Source of the DNA: Candidatus Marinacidobacterium sp.
GTDB taxonomy: Bacteria; Acidobacteriota; Vicinamibacteria; Marinacidobacterales; Marinacidobacteraceae
Direction: 5' to 3'
Length of the DNA: 64,000 bases
Assembly (NCBI GenBank): GCA_965204755.1
Contig: OZ242011.1
Location: forward strand, 2,720,001-2,784,000
Shown in pieces: positions 12,651 through 23,400 of the stretch (its first letter is position 1; each line of letters begins with the position of its first letter). The notes below the pieces were generated by a model, which saw nothing but the letters and a program-made list of their open reading frames with translations, did not search any database and had not been told where the DNA came from. The position numbers and the translations under genes are program-made.

Positions 12651-15623
12651 ATGCACCCGATCCACCGTCGCTACTACGCCGAGGACCTCGCGCGCCTGCG
12701 GCGGGCGGACTCGCCGCGTCGTCGAGTGGCGGCGCAGCGACGGTCCCGAGTGGATGCGAATCCGCACCAGATCGAGGCGGTGATGTTTGCGTTGCGGCGT
12801 ATTCCGGAGGGTGGCTGCATTCTCGCCGACGAGGTCGGACTCGGCAAGACCATCGAGGCCGGGCTCGTGATCGCGCAACTGCTCGCCGAAGGAAAGGAAC
12901 GGATACTGATCCTCCTCCCCCGTCCCCTGCTCGGCCAATGGAGCGACGAACTGCGCGATCTCTTCGGCATCGACGCCGTCGAGGCGTCCGATCCCGGTGT
13001 CGATCTCCGCGCGCCCGGCGTCGTCCTCGCCGGCCGTGAGTACGCGGGCGGAGAACGGGGCGCCGAACGCCTCGGGCAGGCGGCCCCGTTCGATCTGTGT
13101 CTGATAGACGAGGCCCACGAAGTGTTCGCCGGTCTCCATCGGCGGTTTCGCCGCGACGGCAGTTACGACGAAGACAGCCCCCACGCTCGCACGGCCCACC
13201 GCGTGCGGCGGATCATCGGTATTTCTCCGGTGTTGCTGCTGACCGCCACGCCGATTCAGAACTCACTGAGCGAGATGTGGTCGCTCGTCCAATACATCGA
13301 CCGTACGGGAACACTCCTCGGTGACAAGCCGACCTTCGAGGAACTCTTCGATCGCGGGAGCGGCGGCCGCAGAATCAGCGAGGCGCAGGCGAACGAACTG
13401 CAGCGGCGTCTGGGTGTGGTGGTGCAGCGCACTCTTCGCCGACAGGCCGTGGAGTACCTGGAACGACCCTTCGTGGGTCGCCAGGCGCGGCTCTTCCGTT
13501 ACCGGATGAGCCCGGACGAGAAGTCTCTCTACGACGATGTCACGGAATACTTGCTTCGCCCGCAACTCCTGGCCTTTCGCGGCCGGGCGAGGCAACTGCA
13601 GTTGATCGGCTTCCACCGAAGGATGGCCTCGTCGATCGCCGCTCTGGCTCGAAGTCTCGAAGGTGTCGCCCGGAGACTGCGCGGACTCCTGCGAAGCGGG
13701 GGAGGGGAAGACGACGCGGCAGACCTGGCCGACCTCGAAGAGGTGAACGAGCCGATCCCCTCCGTCGCGGACGAGGACCCCGGGAACCTGCCGGCGCTGA
13801 CGCCGGAGGCCGCACTGCCCTCTCCTGCGGCCGTAGAGAGGGAACTCGGCGAAATCGAGGGCTTCATAGCCCGCGCCCGGGCGCTCCCCGAGGACAGCAA
13901 GGCGGAGAGTCTGCTCAGGGCGGTGGAACTCATGATGGATCGGCCGGCGGATCGCCGCAAGTTGCTGATCTTCACGGAATCGCTGACGACCCAGGAGTAC
14001 TTGCGCGATCTGCTCGTCGGGCGATCGGAACTCGAAGAGGCGGACATCACGCTGTTCCGCGGCGTGAACGACTCGCCGCGGGCAGCCGAGGCGCTTCGAG
14101 TGTGGCGAGAGGAGGTCGAGAGCGAGTTCCCCGAATACCGGCGGCCGAGCCCGTCCGTTGCCGTTCGGCTGGCGCTGGTGCACGAATTTCGCACCCGATC
14201 GACCGTGATGATCGCTTCCGAGGCCGGCGCGAAGGGCCTCAACCTGCAATTCTGCGACACCGTCGTCAACTACGACTTGCCCTGGAATCCGCAGCGCATC
14301 GAACAGCGCATCGGGCGCTGCCACCGGTACGGCCAGAAACGCGATGTGACGGTGATCAACTTTCTCGCCGAGGACAACGAGGCCCAGCGGCTCACCTTCG
14401 ACATCCTCAGCAGCAAACTCGACCTGTTCGGCAAGGTGCTGGACCGGTCGGATGTCGTGCTCCAGACGCCGAGGTCCGACGCATCGGAGACGCTGGCGTC
14501 CGCTCTCGGACCGGACTTCGAGTCGCAGTTGCGACGGATCTGGGATCGCGCCCGGTCGGTCGAGGAGGTGGAGGCGGAGTTGCGGCGGCTGCGGGAAGAT
14601 CTGGAGGAAAGGCGTCGAGAACTCGACCGCGTGCGGGAACGGGCGATGGGTCTCATCGAGCGACGGTTGGATGCTTCGGTTCGGCAGGTCTTCGACGAGA
14701 TCCGATCCGGCTTGGGGCCGGCCCTGACCGAACTCGACGGTGACCTGGAGCGGGTGCTCTCGGCGTATCTGGAGGATGCCGGGGCGGCGCACGGGGTGAG
14801 GGAGAGCGAGGAGCGCCGTGTCCTGCATTTCGGGGCGTCAGGCCGCCTGCCCACGGCTTTCCGCAACGGGGGCAGCGTGGTGGTCGGCGACGCTCGAGGC
14901 CTTCCGACGGCCGATCCTCTCCATCTCGGACACCCCCTCATCCGGGCGGCCGTGGACGACGCGCGTCGTCGGTGCGCCGGGGCGTTCCGGGTAGCCTTTC
15001 GCCTTCGCCCGACCGCGCCGGCGTCGCTCCGGGACCGGCGCGGAAGCCGCGGTCGGCTCGCGTTGACTCGAGTACGCTATGCGGGCTTCGAGGACGAGGA
15101 GCGACTGCGGGCGACGGTGGTGTTCGATGACGCGGAGGTTCTGCGTCCCGGAGAAGCGGCGATGGCGCTTCTCCGCCAGCCGTGCGTGGATACCGAGGAA
15201 CTCTCCCCACCGCTGGCGGTCAGCGAGGCCGACTTGGACGAGGTCGTCGAAGAGGAACTGTTCGAGGAACATGGTCGGGTCGCGGCGGTGAACCAGCAGT
15301 CCTTCGAGCAGTCCATCGGTCAACTCGACCAATACTTGGAGGATCGGATGCTCGTGCTGCGCCGGGATCGGCAGCGCGCCGCGGACGGCCTCGCCGCCGC
15401 GGAGCGCGAGAGGGACGGCAGTATGGGCGCCGATCCGCGCGCCCGCGCGGAGGCCCGTGTCCGGCGGCTGGAGCAGGAAGTCGAGGGTTTGGACAGTCGC
15501 ATCGCGGAGTTGGCCGCCCGCGAGGACGCGACCTACCGCCGCTGGAAGACGCACGCGACGGAGCGGAGGTACGCGCCGCCGTCCGGAACCAGACTCCTGA
15601 GCGCGGAATTCGTGATCGAATGA
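12651..15623 (+). CDS. SNF2/RapA-like SF2 helicase with coiled-coil C-terminus
   Basis: LADEVGLGKT, DEAH, LTATP, GLNLQ, YDLPWNPQRIEQRIGRCHRYGQ. Confidence 0.9.
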   Translation: MHPIHRRYYAEDLARLRRADSPRRRVAAQRRSRVDANPHQIEAVMFALRRIPEGGCILADEVGLGKTIEAGLVIAQLLAEGKERILILLPRPLLGQWSDELRDLFGIDAVEASDPGVDLRAPGVVLAGREYAGGERGAERLGQAAPFDLCLIDEAHEVFAGLHRRFRRDGSYDEDSPHARTAHRVRRIIGISPVLLLTATPIQNSLSEMWSLVQYIDRTGTLLGDKPTFEELFDRGSGGRRISEAQANELQRRLGVVVQRTLRRQAVEYLERPFVGRQARLFRYRMSPDEKSLYDDVTEYLLRPQLLAFRGRARQLQLIGFHRRMASSIAALARSLEGVARRLRGLLRSGGGEDDAADLADLEEVNEPIPSVADEDPGNLPALTPEAALPSPAAVERELGEIEGFIARARALPEDSKAESLLRAVELMMDRPADRRKLLIFTESLTTQEYLRDLLVGRSELEEADITLFRGVNDSPRAAEALRVWREEVESEFPEYRRPSPSVAVRLALVHEFRTRSTVMIASEAGAKGLNLQFCDTVVNYDLPWNPQRIEQRIGRCHRYGQKRDVTVINFLAEDNEAQRLTFDILSSKLDLFGKVLDRSDVVLQTPRSDASETLASALGPDFESQLRRIWDRARSVEEVEAELRRLREDLEERRRELDRVRERAMGLIERRLDASVRQVFDEIRSGLGPALTELDGDLERVLSAYLEDAGAAHGVRESEERRVLHFGASGRLPTAFRNGGSVVVGDARGLPTADPLHLGHPLIRAAVDDARRRCAGAFRVAFRLRPTAPASLRDRRGSRGRLALTRVRYAGFEDEERLRATVVFDDAEVLRPGEAAMALLRQPCVDTEELSPPLAVSEADLDEVVEEELFEEHGRVAAVNQQSFEQSIGQLDQYLEDRMLVLRRDRQRAADGLAAAERERDGSMGADPRARAEARVRRLEQEVEGLDSRIAELAAREDATYRRWKTHATERRYAPPSGTRLLSAEFVIE

Positions 15624-16801
15624 CGCGAACGAGCAAGACCCTCGAGGAGAACGAAGTGGCGCTCACGCTGCTCCACACTGCGGACTGGCACCTGGGCCGG
15701 CGTTTCCCGGCTTTCGACCGTGAGCAGGAACTTCGCCTTACGAGGGCGCGGCTCGAGGTCGTCGGGCGCATCTTGGACTTGGCCGAGAGCCGGGATGCGG
15801 ACGCCGTCGTCTGCGCCGGCGATCTCTTCGATGAAGAGACGCCGGAGGAGCAGTGGTGGCGCGGCGCGCTGAACGAGTTCCGGCGCAGGGAGGGGTGGCG
15901 CCGGCCGGTCGTGTTGCTCCCCGGCAACCACGATCCGCTGACCGCTCGCTCGGTCTATCACCGGACGCATCCGTTTCGAGCCGGGTTGCCCGACTTCGTG
16001 CATGTCGTCGACGAGAAGGGGTGGCAGTTGCCCGTCGGTGAGCGGGCGGTGGTCGTGGCGAGCCCCTGCGAGTCCAAAGCGGGGCAGACCGACTTGGTGG
16101 AGTCCCTGCCGCGGCGAGAAACCGGCGACGAGCGCATCCGCATCGGCCTGATCCACGGGCAGACCTTCGACATCGAGGGTTACCAGACGAACTTTCCCAT
16201 CGCCCGCGGCAGCGCCGCGTCGCGCGGGTTGGACTACCTGGCTGTCGGAGACACGCACGCCTTTCGCGAGGTGGAGCCGGAAGCGGTTGCTCCGACCGTG
16301 TACCCGGGGGCGCCGGAGGCCACGAACTTCAAGGAGACGGACACCGGCCAGGTGGCGCTCGTGTTCTTCCCGAAGGATCGGCGCCGCCGTCCGCTCGTGC
16401 GGCGGGAAGCGGTGGGCCTGTGGAAGTGGCGCGATGAGACTTGTCGCTCCCTGCAAGAACTGCGGGGGGTCGCCGCGGAGCCCGACTTGGGCAAGACCGT
16501 GCTGAGCCTCACTTTGGATTTCACCGCCCCGATGGCCGAATACGACGAAGCGGAGCGGCTGCTCACGGACTTCGGAGGGTCGCTCGCGGCGACGCCGCGA
16601 GTCGGCGTGCTGTCGGTGGATCGGCGCGGGCTCCGCCTCGCGACGGACCACGCGGAGAACTTCGACATGGAACTCCCGGCCGTTCTCCGGGCGACGGTCG
16701 AGCGACTGCAGGCACAGGCGCAGGGCGGAGAATCCCCGACGAAGGAGACCGCGGAGCGGGCGCTCCATCATCTGTACCGCTTGGTGCGCGAGGACGGCTG
16801 A
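15620..16801 (+). CDS. Mre11/SbcD-like metallophosphoesterase nuclease
   Basis: HTADWHLG, AGDLFD, PGNHD, DYLAVGDTH, YPGAPE; ATGA overlap with the helicase. Confidence 0.9.
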   Translation: MTRTSKTLEENEVALTLLHTADWHLGRRFPAFDREQELRLTRARLEVVGRILDLAESRDADAVVCAGDLFDEETPEEQWWRGALNEFRRREGWRRPVVLLPGNHDPLTARSVYHRTHPFRAGLPDFVHVVDEKGWQLPVGERAVVVASPCESKAGQTDLVESLPRRETGDERIRIGLIHGQTFDIEGYQTNFPIARGSAASRGLDYLAVGDTHAFREVEPEAVAPTVYPGAPEATNFKETDTGQVALVFFPKDRRRRPLVRREAVGLWKWRDETCRSLQELRGVAAEPDLGKTVLSLTLDFTAPMAEYDEAERLLTDFGGSLAATPRVGVLSVDRRGLRLATDHAENFDMELPAVLRATVERLQAQAQGGESPTKETAERALHHLYRLVREDG

Positions 16802-16839
16802 CCGGCCAGGTCCGTAGTCCCGAGGAGCAAGGCACGGCC

Positions 16840-19800
16840 ATGTGGATTCGCCGGCTGGAAGTGAAGGATTGCGCCGGCGTCGCCGAGGCCGGGATTGCGC
16901 TCGAACCGGGGCTCAATGTCCTCTACGGGCCGAACGAACTCGGAAAATCGACGCTGGTGCAGGCGATTCGCGCGGCGTTGCTGCTTCCCGCGGCCGCATC
17001 GGCCGCGGAACCGTTGTGCGCCTGGGGTGTGGATGCCCTTCCGGAGGTTGCCGTCACTCTCGAGGAGAAACCCGGGCGCCTGTGGCGCGTACGCAAGCGA
17101 TTCGGCAAGAGCGGCGGGTCCGCGTATCTCGACTTTTCCCGTGATGGGGAGGACTTCTCGGTTGACAGTCGCGGCAGGGAGGTCGAGGGCGCCCTGCAGC
17201 GCCTCCTGCGATGGGGAATCGAACCGCCGGGCGGTCGAGGCCGTCGGAGAGGAATGCCCGCGTCGTTCATTACCACTGCGTTGCTCGGTGAACAGCAAGC
17301 CATAGATGCGATCCTGGGCGCCAGTCTGAAGGACGATGCGAGCGACTCCGGCCGCGGCCGATTGACGGACGCGCTGCAGGCCCTTTCCGAGCACCCGCTC
17401 TTCAAGAAGGTGCTCGCCTCGGTGCAGGAGAAGTTCGCCGAAGCGTTCAGTGCGACCGGTCGCCGGCGCATCGCGCGGGGTTCACCGTGGGCCGACTTGC
17501 GCGAAAAGCGGGCCGACGCGCAGGAGCGCGAGCAGGAGGCGCGTCGGGCACTCGATCAGTGCAGCGCCGGGGAGAAGTCGATCGTCGAATCGGAGAAGGC
17601 GGTTCTCGACGCCGAGAACGCGGCGCAGGACGCCGAGCGGAAGTTGAAGAACGCAAGGGCGGCGGAAGAACGGCGGGAGGCGTGGAAGAAGGCGGCCAAG
17701 GCTCGTGACGAGGCGCAGTCGGCACTCGACGCCGCCATCGCAACGGTGGGCCGCCGCGACCGCGCCGTCGCCGCAGAGTCGGAGGCGAAACGACAGGTCG
17801 AAGAGTTGGCCGCGGCGTTGGCGAAAGCGGAGGCCGCCGTCGCGGAGATCACCCCCCGCGCCGATGAGGCTCGGGAGCGGGTGCGCGAGTTGGAGACCGG
17901 GGATGCCGAGGCCGCCCGAAAGATCCGGGAACAGGAAGCCGAGCAGCGGCGGATGAAGGCCGAGGCCGAGTTGAAGGACTTCGACGCCGCGCTCGCGCGG
18001 GCGCAGAAGTGCGCCGATCTGGAGGTCAAGATCACTTCGGCCGAGGGTGAGCGCCGACAGTGCGAGACGAAACTGGCGGGCCTGCGCGAACGGCGCGGCG
18101 ACGCAGAGCGAATGCTGGAATCCTGTCGAGAGCGGATGGGCGAGTTGGAGATTGCTCGATGCGTAGCGCGCGTCGTCTCGGCTGTCGAGACTTCCGGCGC
18201 GCGGGAGAAGGAACTCGCGGACACGAGAGAGCACGCTCGACAGGCGAAGGCCCTCGCGGCGCGAGCGAAGGAGCAGCGGGCACGGGCGGCGGACATGCGA
18301 GCGCCGGAGCAAGTGGAACTCGACCGGCTCAAGAAACTCGATGAAGAACGCCGCGTGGCGGAGGGGAAACTCGCCGTCGGCCTTGCCGTCGCCTTCACTC
18401 CCGAGCGCAGCGGAGTCGTCGAGGTCGAAAGGGACGGCGACAGCGGGCGCCGTGAAGTTCGGGCCGGCGAACCGGCCACATTCGAGGCGCGGCAAGGAGT
18501 TCGGCTGACGATTGCCGGAGTCGGTGTCTTCGAAGTGCGCGGCGGCGGACCTGAGGCGCGGGAAGACGCGCGCTCGGCGGCGGAGAGATGGAGGACGGCG
18601 TCCGTCCGACACCTGAAGGCGGCGGGGGAAGACTCCCTGGCCGGGCTCCAGCGTCGTCGCCAGCGCACGGACAGTCTCATGGAGGAGGCCCGTGAGTCGG
18701 ATCGACAGGCTGCGGAGGCGAACCTTCGCAGCGAGGGCATCGAGGAACGCGAGCGACTGGTCGTCGTGGCCGAAGCGGAAGTCGAGAAGGCTCGCGTGGC
18801 TCTTGCCGGACGGCTTGACCCGAACGCGAATCTCGATGAGTTCCTGCGCGATTACAGCGGGGAGGACGGTGAAGAAGTCCTGTCCGAAGAGATCGACGCC
18901 CTCGCGGCGGAAACGCAGCGGCGCGAGTCTCGGGTCGTCTCCTTGCGGAGTGATGAAGGTCTCGAAGTAGAGAGGCTCGCCCAGAGCAAGCGAACTCTGG
19001 AGGGCCGTCAGGAGGATCTGCGGGCCGAAGCCAAGGAGGTCGAGGACTACCGTGCCCTGCTCGACCGCGCCGACAAGGACCGGGAAAAACTCCAAGGCTC
19101 ACTGGACACCGCTGCCGCGGAACTCCAAGCCGTTCGCAAGCAGGCCACTGACGCAGCGACCAAGACTCGTCGGGAAGCGGAAGACCTGAGCCGCCGGCAG
19201 CGCGAACGGGCGGCGGAGCGCGACCGCGTCGTCGAGCGTCTTGGAAAGGCGCGTCAGGACTTCGCGGAGCGCCGAGGCGTGGCCACCTCGCGCCGTGAAG
19301 CGGCAGACGGCGTGGATCTCGCCGCGCTGCGCGCGGTCCGCGACGAAGCGCAGAGGAAACTCGATGCCCTGCCGCGAGTCGAGGAACCGCCCGAGGACCT
19401 GGAGGTTCTCGCCGGTCAGGTCGAGCGGGCGACCTCCGAGGCGAACGCGCGACGCCTCGAACTCAGCAAGGAGCGCGGGGCGCTGGAACACCTCGGAGGC
19501 CCCCACATCCGGGAGCAGGCGGAGCAGGCGCAAGAAGCGCTGGGGGTTCTCGCTCGGCGCGAACACGAAGTGGAACTGGAATACGGCGCTTGGAAACTCC
19601 TTCGGGAGACGCTCGCCGAGGCCGAGAAGGAGGACGCCGCGCACCTCGGCGACGCCATCGTGAAACCCGTGAGCGAACGCTTGGCGGCACTGACCGGAGG
19701 CCGTTACGAACAGGTAGGGATCGGGCCGCAACTGGAGGCTACGGGCGTGTTCCTCGCCGGCGGCGAGCGCTCCTTCGAGGAGGTCTCCGTGGGGACTCGG

Positions 19801-20079
19801 GAGCAGGCGGCCTTGCTGCTTCGGCTCGCGGTGGCGGAGGCGCTGGGCTTCTTCCTCATCCTGGACGACAACCTCACGCAGTCCGACTCCGGGCGGATGA
19901 GTTGGTTACGCGACCAACTCGGCAAGGTCACCGATGTGCCGCAAGTCATCGTCATGACCTGCCATCCGACGGCCTACCTCACGGGAGGCGAACATGCCGT
20001 GGATCTGACCCGCTGCGTAACCCGTCACGAACGACTCGCTCCACCTGCCGAAACAGGCGTCGCTGTTCCCGACGACTGA
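16840..20079 (+). CDS. Rad50/SbcC/YhaN-like SMC-type ATPase with long coiled coil
   Basis: GPNELGKST, long coiled coil, SVGTREQ signature, ILDD, MTCH. Confidence 0.85.
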   Translation: MWIRRLEVKDCAGVAEAGIALEPGLNVLYGPNELGKSTLVQAIRAALLLPAAASAAEPLCAWGVDALPEVAVTLEEKPGRLWRVRKRFGKSGGSAYLDFSRDGEDFSVDSRGREVEGALQRLLRWGIEPPGGRGRRRGMPASFITTALLGEQQAIDAILGASLKDDASDSGRGRLTDALQALSEHPLFKKVLASVQEKFAEAFSATGRRRIARGSPWADLREKRADAQEREQEARRALDQCSAGEKSIVESEKAVLDAENAAQDAERKLKNARAAEERREAWKKAAKARDEAQSALDAAIATVGRRDRAVAAESEAKRQVEELAAALAKAEAAVAEITPRADEARERVRELETGDAEAARKIREQEAEQRRMKAEAELKDFDAALARAQKCADLEVKITSAEGERRQCETKLAGLRERRGDAERMLESCRERMGELEIARCVARVVSAVETSGAREKELADTREHARQAKALAARAKEQRARAADMRAPEQVELDRLKKLDEERRVAEGKLAVGLAVAFTPERSGVVEVERDGDSGRREVRAGEPATFEARQGVRLTIAGVGVFEVRGGGPEAREDARSAAERWRTASVRHLKAAGEDSLAGLQRRRQRTDSLMEEARESDRQAAEANLRSEGIEERERLVVVAEAEVEKARVALAGRLDPNANLDEFLRDYSGEDGEEVLSEEIDALAAETQRRESRVVSLRSDEGLEVERLAQSKRTLEGRQEDLRAEAKEVEDYRALLDRADKDREKLQGSLDTAAAELQAVRKQATDAATKTRREAEDLSRRQRERAAERDRVVERLGKARQDFAERRGVATSRREAADGVDLAALRAVRDEAQRKLDALPRVEEPPEDLEVLAGQVERATSEANARRLELSKERGALEHLGGPHIREQAEQAQEALGVLARREHEVELEYGAWKLLRETLAEAEKEDAAHLGDAIVKPVSERLAALTGGRYEQVGIGPQLEATGVFLAGGERSFEEVSVGTREQAALLLRLAVAEALGFFLILDDNLTQSDSGRMSWLRDQLGKVTDVPQVIVMTCHPTAYLTGGEHAVDLTRCVTRHERLAPPAETGVAVPDD

Positions 20080-20139
20080 CCGAGAGCCGCCCAAGCGGCG
20101 CCGCGAGGGCTTCCGTCTCCGGTGCGTGGCGCCGTGAAT

Positions 20140-20481
20140 TCAGTCGCGCCGGTCGGCGATCCTCACGCGTGTCGGGTAGGCGGGGGGCGTGAATGCGGGT
20201 AAGTGGGCGGGGATGGGGCGGATTCCGTGTTCGGCGCAGCGGATCCGCGGCCGTTTCACGCGGACGATGGTTCGATATTCCATGAAGTCCAAGTGTTGGA
20301 ACCTTCGCCGACGCTCGTCGTACCGCGGACTTCGGGCGCCGCATTCGGGACAGTCCAGGCCCTCGTCCGCGCATCCCACTTCGATGACGACTTCGCCGGT
20401 CTCCGGCCGGACGACGACTTCCATCACCTGCCACGGCGGCTTCAGGCCCAGGAGTTCGGCGACGAGTTCCCGGGTCATCAT
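20140..20481 (-). mobile_element. ISL3-family transposase N-terminal zinc-finger fragment (no DDE domain)
   Basis: LLGLKPPWQV..CPECG..YD..RRFQHLD..PRIRCAEHG at the end of ORF 20140..22263. Confidence 0.75.
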
Positions 20482-23400
20482 CACTCGGTGGGGACGCGCT
20501 TCGCGGCGGAGGGTGGCGCCGCCGCGTTCGGAGTCGCTGCGACGGCGTCTGCCGGGATGGGGCGGGCCATCTCGCGGTAGCGGCAGAGGGCGTTGGCGAG
20601 GCGCATCTGGTGGGGCGTGCCGCAGTCGGGTTCGAAGAGGCGCGGGTTGAGCACGAGTATGGTCACGCACTGCGCCCGTGAGGTGGCGACATTCAGGCGG
20701 TTCAGGCTGTAGAGGAAGTCCATGCCGCGCGGCGCGTCTTCCGCCGACGAAGTGGCCATGCTGTAGAAGACGACCGGGGCTTCCTGGCCCTGGAACTTGT
20801 CCACGGTGCCGATGCGGGCGTCGGGGAGGCGGCGGCGCAACTCGGCCAACTGGGCGTTGTAGGGGGACACGATGAGGATGTCGTCCCTCGTCAGCGGTCG
20901 GGTGGCGCCTTCGCGGTTCGTCCAGGAGACGCCGCCGGCGAGGAGGCGGCGAACCAGCGCGGCGGTTCGGTCGGCTTCTTCGGGGGAAGCGCTCTGGTTG
21001 CCTTCGTGTTCGACCGGCAGGTAGTAGAGCCCGTAGCCGTCGAGGTCGCCGGCGTCGGAGAGGGAGTGGCGTTCCAGACCGGGCATCGGGCCGAGTGAAT
21101 CTTCGTAGAACGCCTCGGAAGTGAAGTCGCAGATGGAGGGGCGCAGCCGCCAGGTCCGGTCGAGGAAAAGGCCCCGGTCTTCGGGCATGGTGCGGTGTTC
21201 GCCGAGCAGGTGGCCCAGCGCGGAGACATCCGTGCCTTCGGGGTGGGAGCCCTGCGACGGTTGGTCGAGTTGCTGGGGGTCGCCGAGGAGCACGAGGTTC
21301 TTCGCGGCGGGCGCGGCGGCCAAGGTGTTGGCGAGCGACATCTGCCCGGACTCGTCGACGAACAGGACATCCACCGAGCCTTCGAGATCCTCCCGTGACC
21401 AGAGCCAGGCGGTGCCCGCCGCTACCGAGGCTTCCCCGCTCGATAGCGCGTCCAGGACTTCGCCGTTGTCCTTGGTTTGGATGATCGGCCAATCCGTGTC
21501 CTCCGGGTCGCTGCTGACCTTCTGCATGCACTGCAGGGACAGATTCGTTCGTTTCGCTTCCCGAACGGCGGCGTCGAGCAGGTTGCGGATGACGCTGTGG
21601 CTGTTGGCGGTCACGCCGACTCTCTTCCCGGCGCGAACGAGCGAGCAGATCATGCGTCCGCCGGTGCGGGTCTTCCCGGTGCCCGGCGGGCCCTGGATCG
21701 CCAGCACTTCGCCGTCGAGTTCGAGGACCGAGCGGATCGCCGTCTCCGCTGCGTTTCCGGGCGTGGCGTCGGCGGCGTTCACGAACCTCGGCGGTCGTTT
21801 CCGCAGCAGCGCCAGCGCCGCCGGATAGCGGTGTTCGGCTCGGGCGGCGTCCTTCGCGACGCGCTCCCCCAAGCGGAACAGGGAGTCGCCGAGAATGCCG
21901 GTCCCGATGGGTTCGTTGGCGGCGTAGATCGTTTCCGGGTGTTCCTCTACGGTGTCGCGGCGCTTCTTGATTGCGATCCGTCTTCGAGTCGTGTCGCATT
22001 CGACGATGCTGCCGAGGACTTTGCCGCCCGGCAGGCGCGCGGTCTCGCCGCTGCGGACGGTGGTGTCCTGTGCTTCGTATTCGTAGATGTCGGTGGGAAT
22101 CCTCGCGCGAGGCCGCAGTTCGCGTCCTGCCTGCTTCAGTCCCACGAGTCCCTTCTTTTCCTCGCGCAGTTCCGGGGCCGGCGTTTCCTGTAGGCGGAAG
22201 AACTCCCACCAACTCGCGCGCTGTTCGCGGCGGTGCCAATCCAGCAGGTAGGCGAGAGTCCAATTGCCCCGCTGCTCGGCGTCGTGTTTCGCCGGATCTT
22301 CGGGCAACCCCGCGAGCAGCCGCCCGCGAAGGCTGGCGACGCGCTCGTCCCGCTCCGCCACCGACTCCGAGGCGTCGCCGGGCGTTGCCTCCGGCCGCGG
22401 CACTTCCTCGCCGGCGGCCGTCAGTTCATCGCGGCGCTCCTCCAGCCAGTCGCGCAAGCCGATAAGCGACACGCAGTCGTCGCGGTTGTAGCCCTCGACC
22501 ACGCCGCGCATCTCCTCGGTGATGTCCGCGCGCAGGCCGGTCTCCAGGAGCCGCTCCATCCGGTGGCGGTGGTCGCTCGCCGTCCGGAGATCGACGCGGC
22601 GCTCGAAACCGTAGAACGGTTCGAGGGCCTTGATCGAGTACTGCTCGACGCTCGCCCGCAGGGATTGGCGCACGACCTTGTGCAGATCCACGAACAGGTG
22701 GGCGCGCAGCACGCGGTCCACTTCCTCGCTGCGCGTCGCGAACTGTCCGGTGAGCCGCTTGACGGCGGTCGGCTCGTAGGGGGCGAAGTGGTAGATGTGC
22801 ATGTCCGGGCGCCGCTCCCACCGCTCCATCACGAAGTCCACGAAGGCCTCGAACACCCGCTGCTCCCCGACCGCGAACCGTTCACCGCCGCCGCCGGGGT
22901 CGAAGGCCCACTCGCCGCGGTATGCCACGCGGCCGCCGTCGTCGGTTTCTGCCCAGCCGAACAGGTATTCGAACCCGCGCGGCCCGACGAACCGCGCTCC
23001 TTCGATGTCGAAGAAGAGGTCTCCCGGCGCCGGCGCCGGAAGAAGCGCCAAGCCGCGCCCCGCTTCGCGGTCGAGGAGTTCGTGGTAGGGCGCCTCGCGC
23101 CGGCGTCCTTCGAGTTGGACTCGCGCCTGCTCGCGGGCCGTTTCGTAGGCGGCGGGGGAACCGCGCTTCGGTCGCGGCAGCGGCGCCGGCGACGAGCCGA
23201 GCACTTCGAGCGTCCCGAGGTTCCAGTCCTCGAACTGTTTCCGGTGGCGACGCCGCAGGTCCGCGACCAGACTCAGGTGGTCGTCGTCGCGGCGCCGGTG
23301 GAGACAGTGCATCTGCCAGCGGCAGATGTCGCAGTGCGGAACCGGTTCGGGGTAAGTCCCGGTTGCTTGCTCGCCCGCGCCGTCGCCGACCGCGGCCTCG

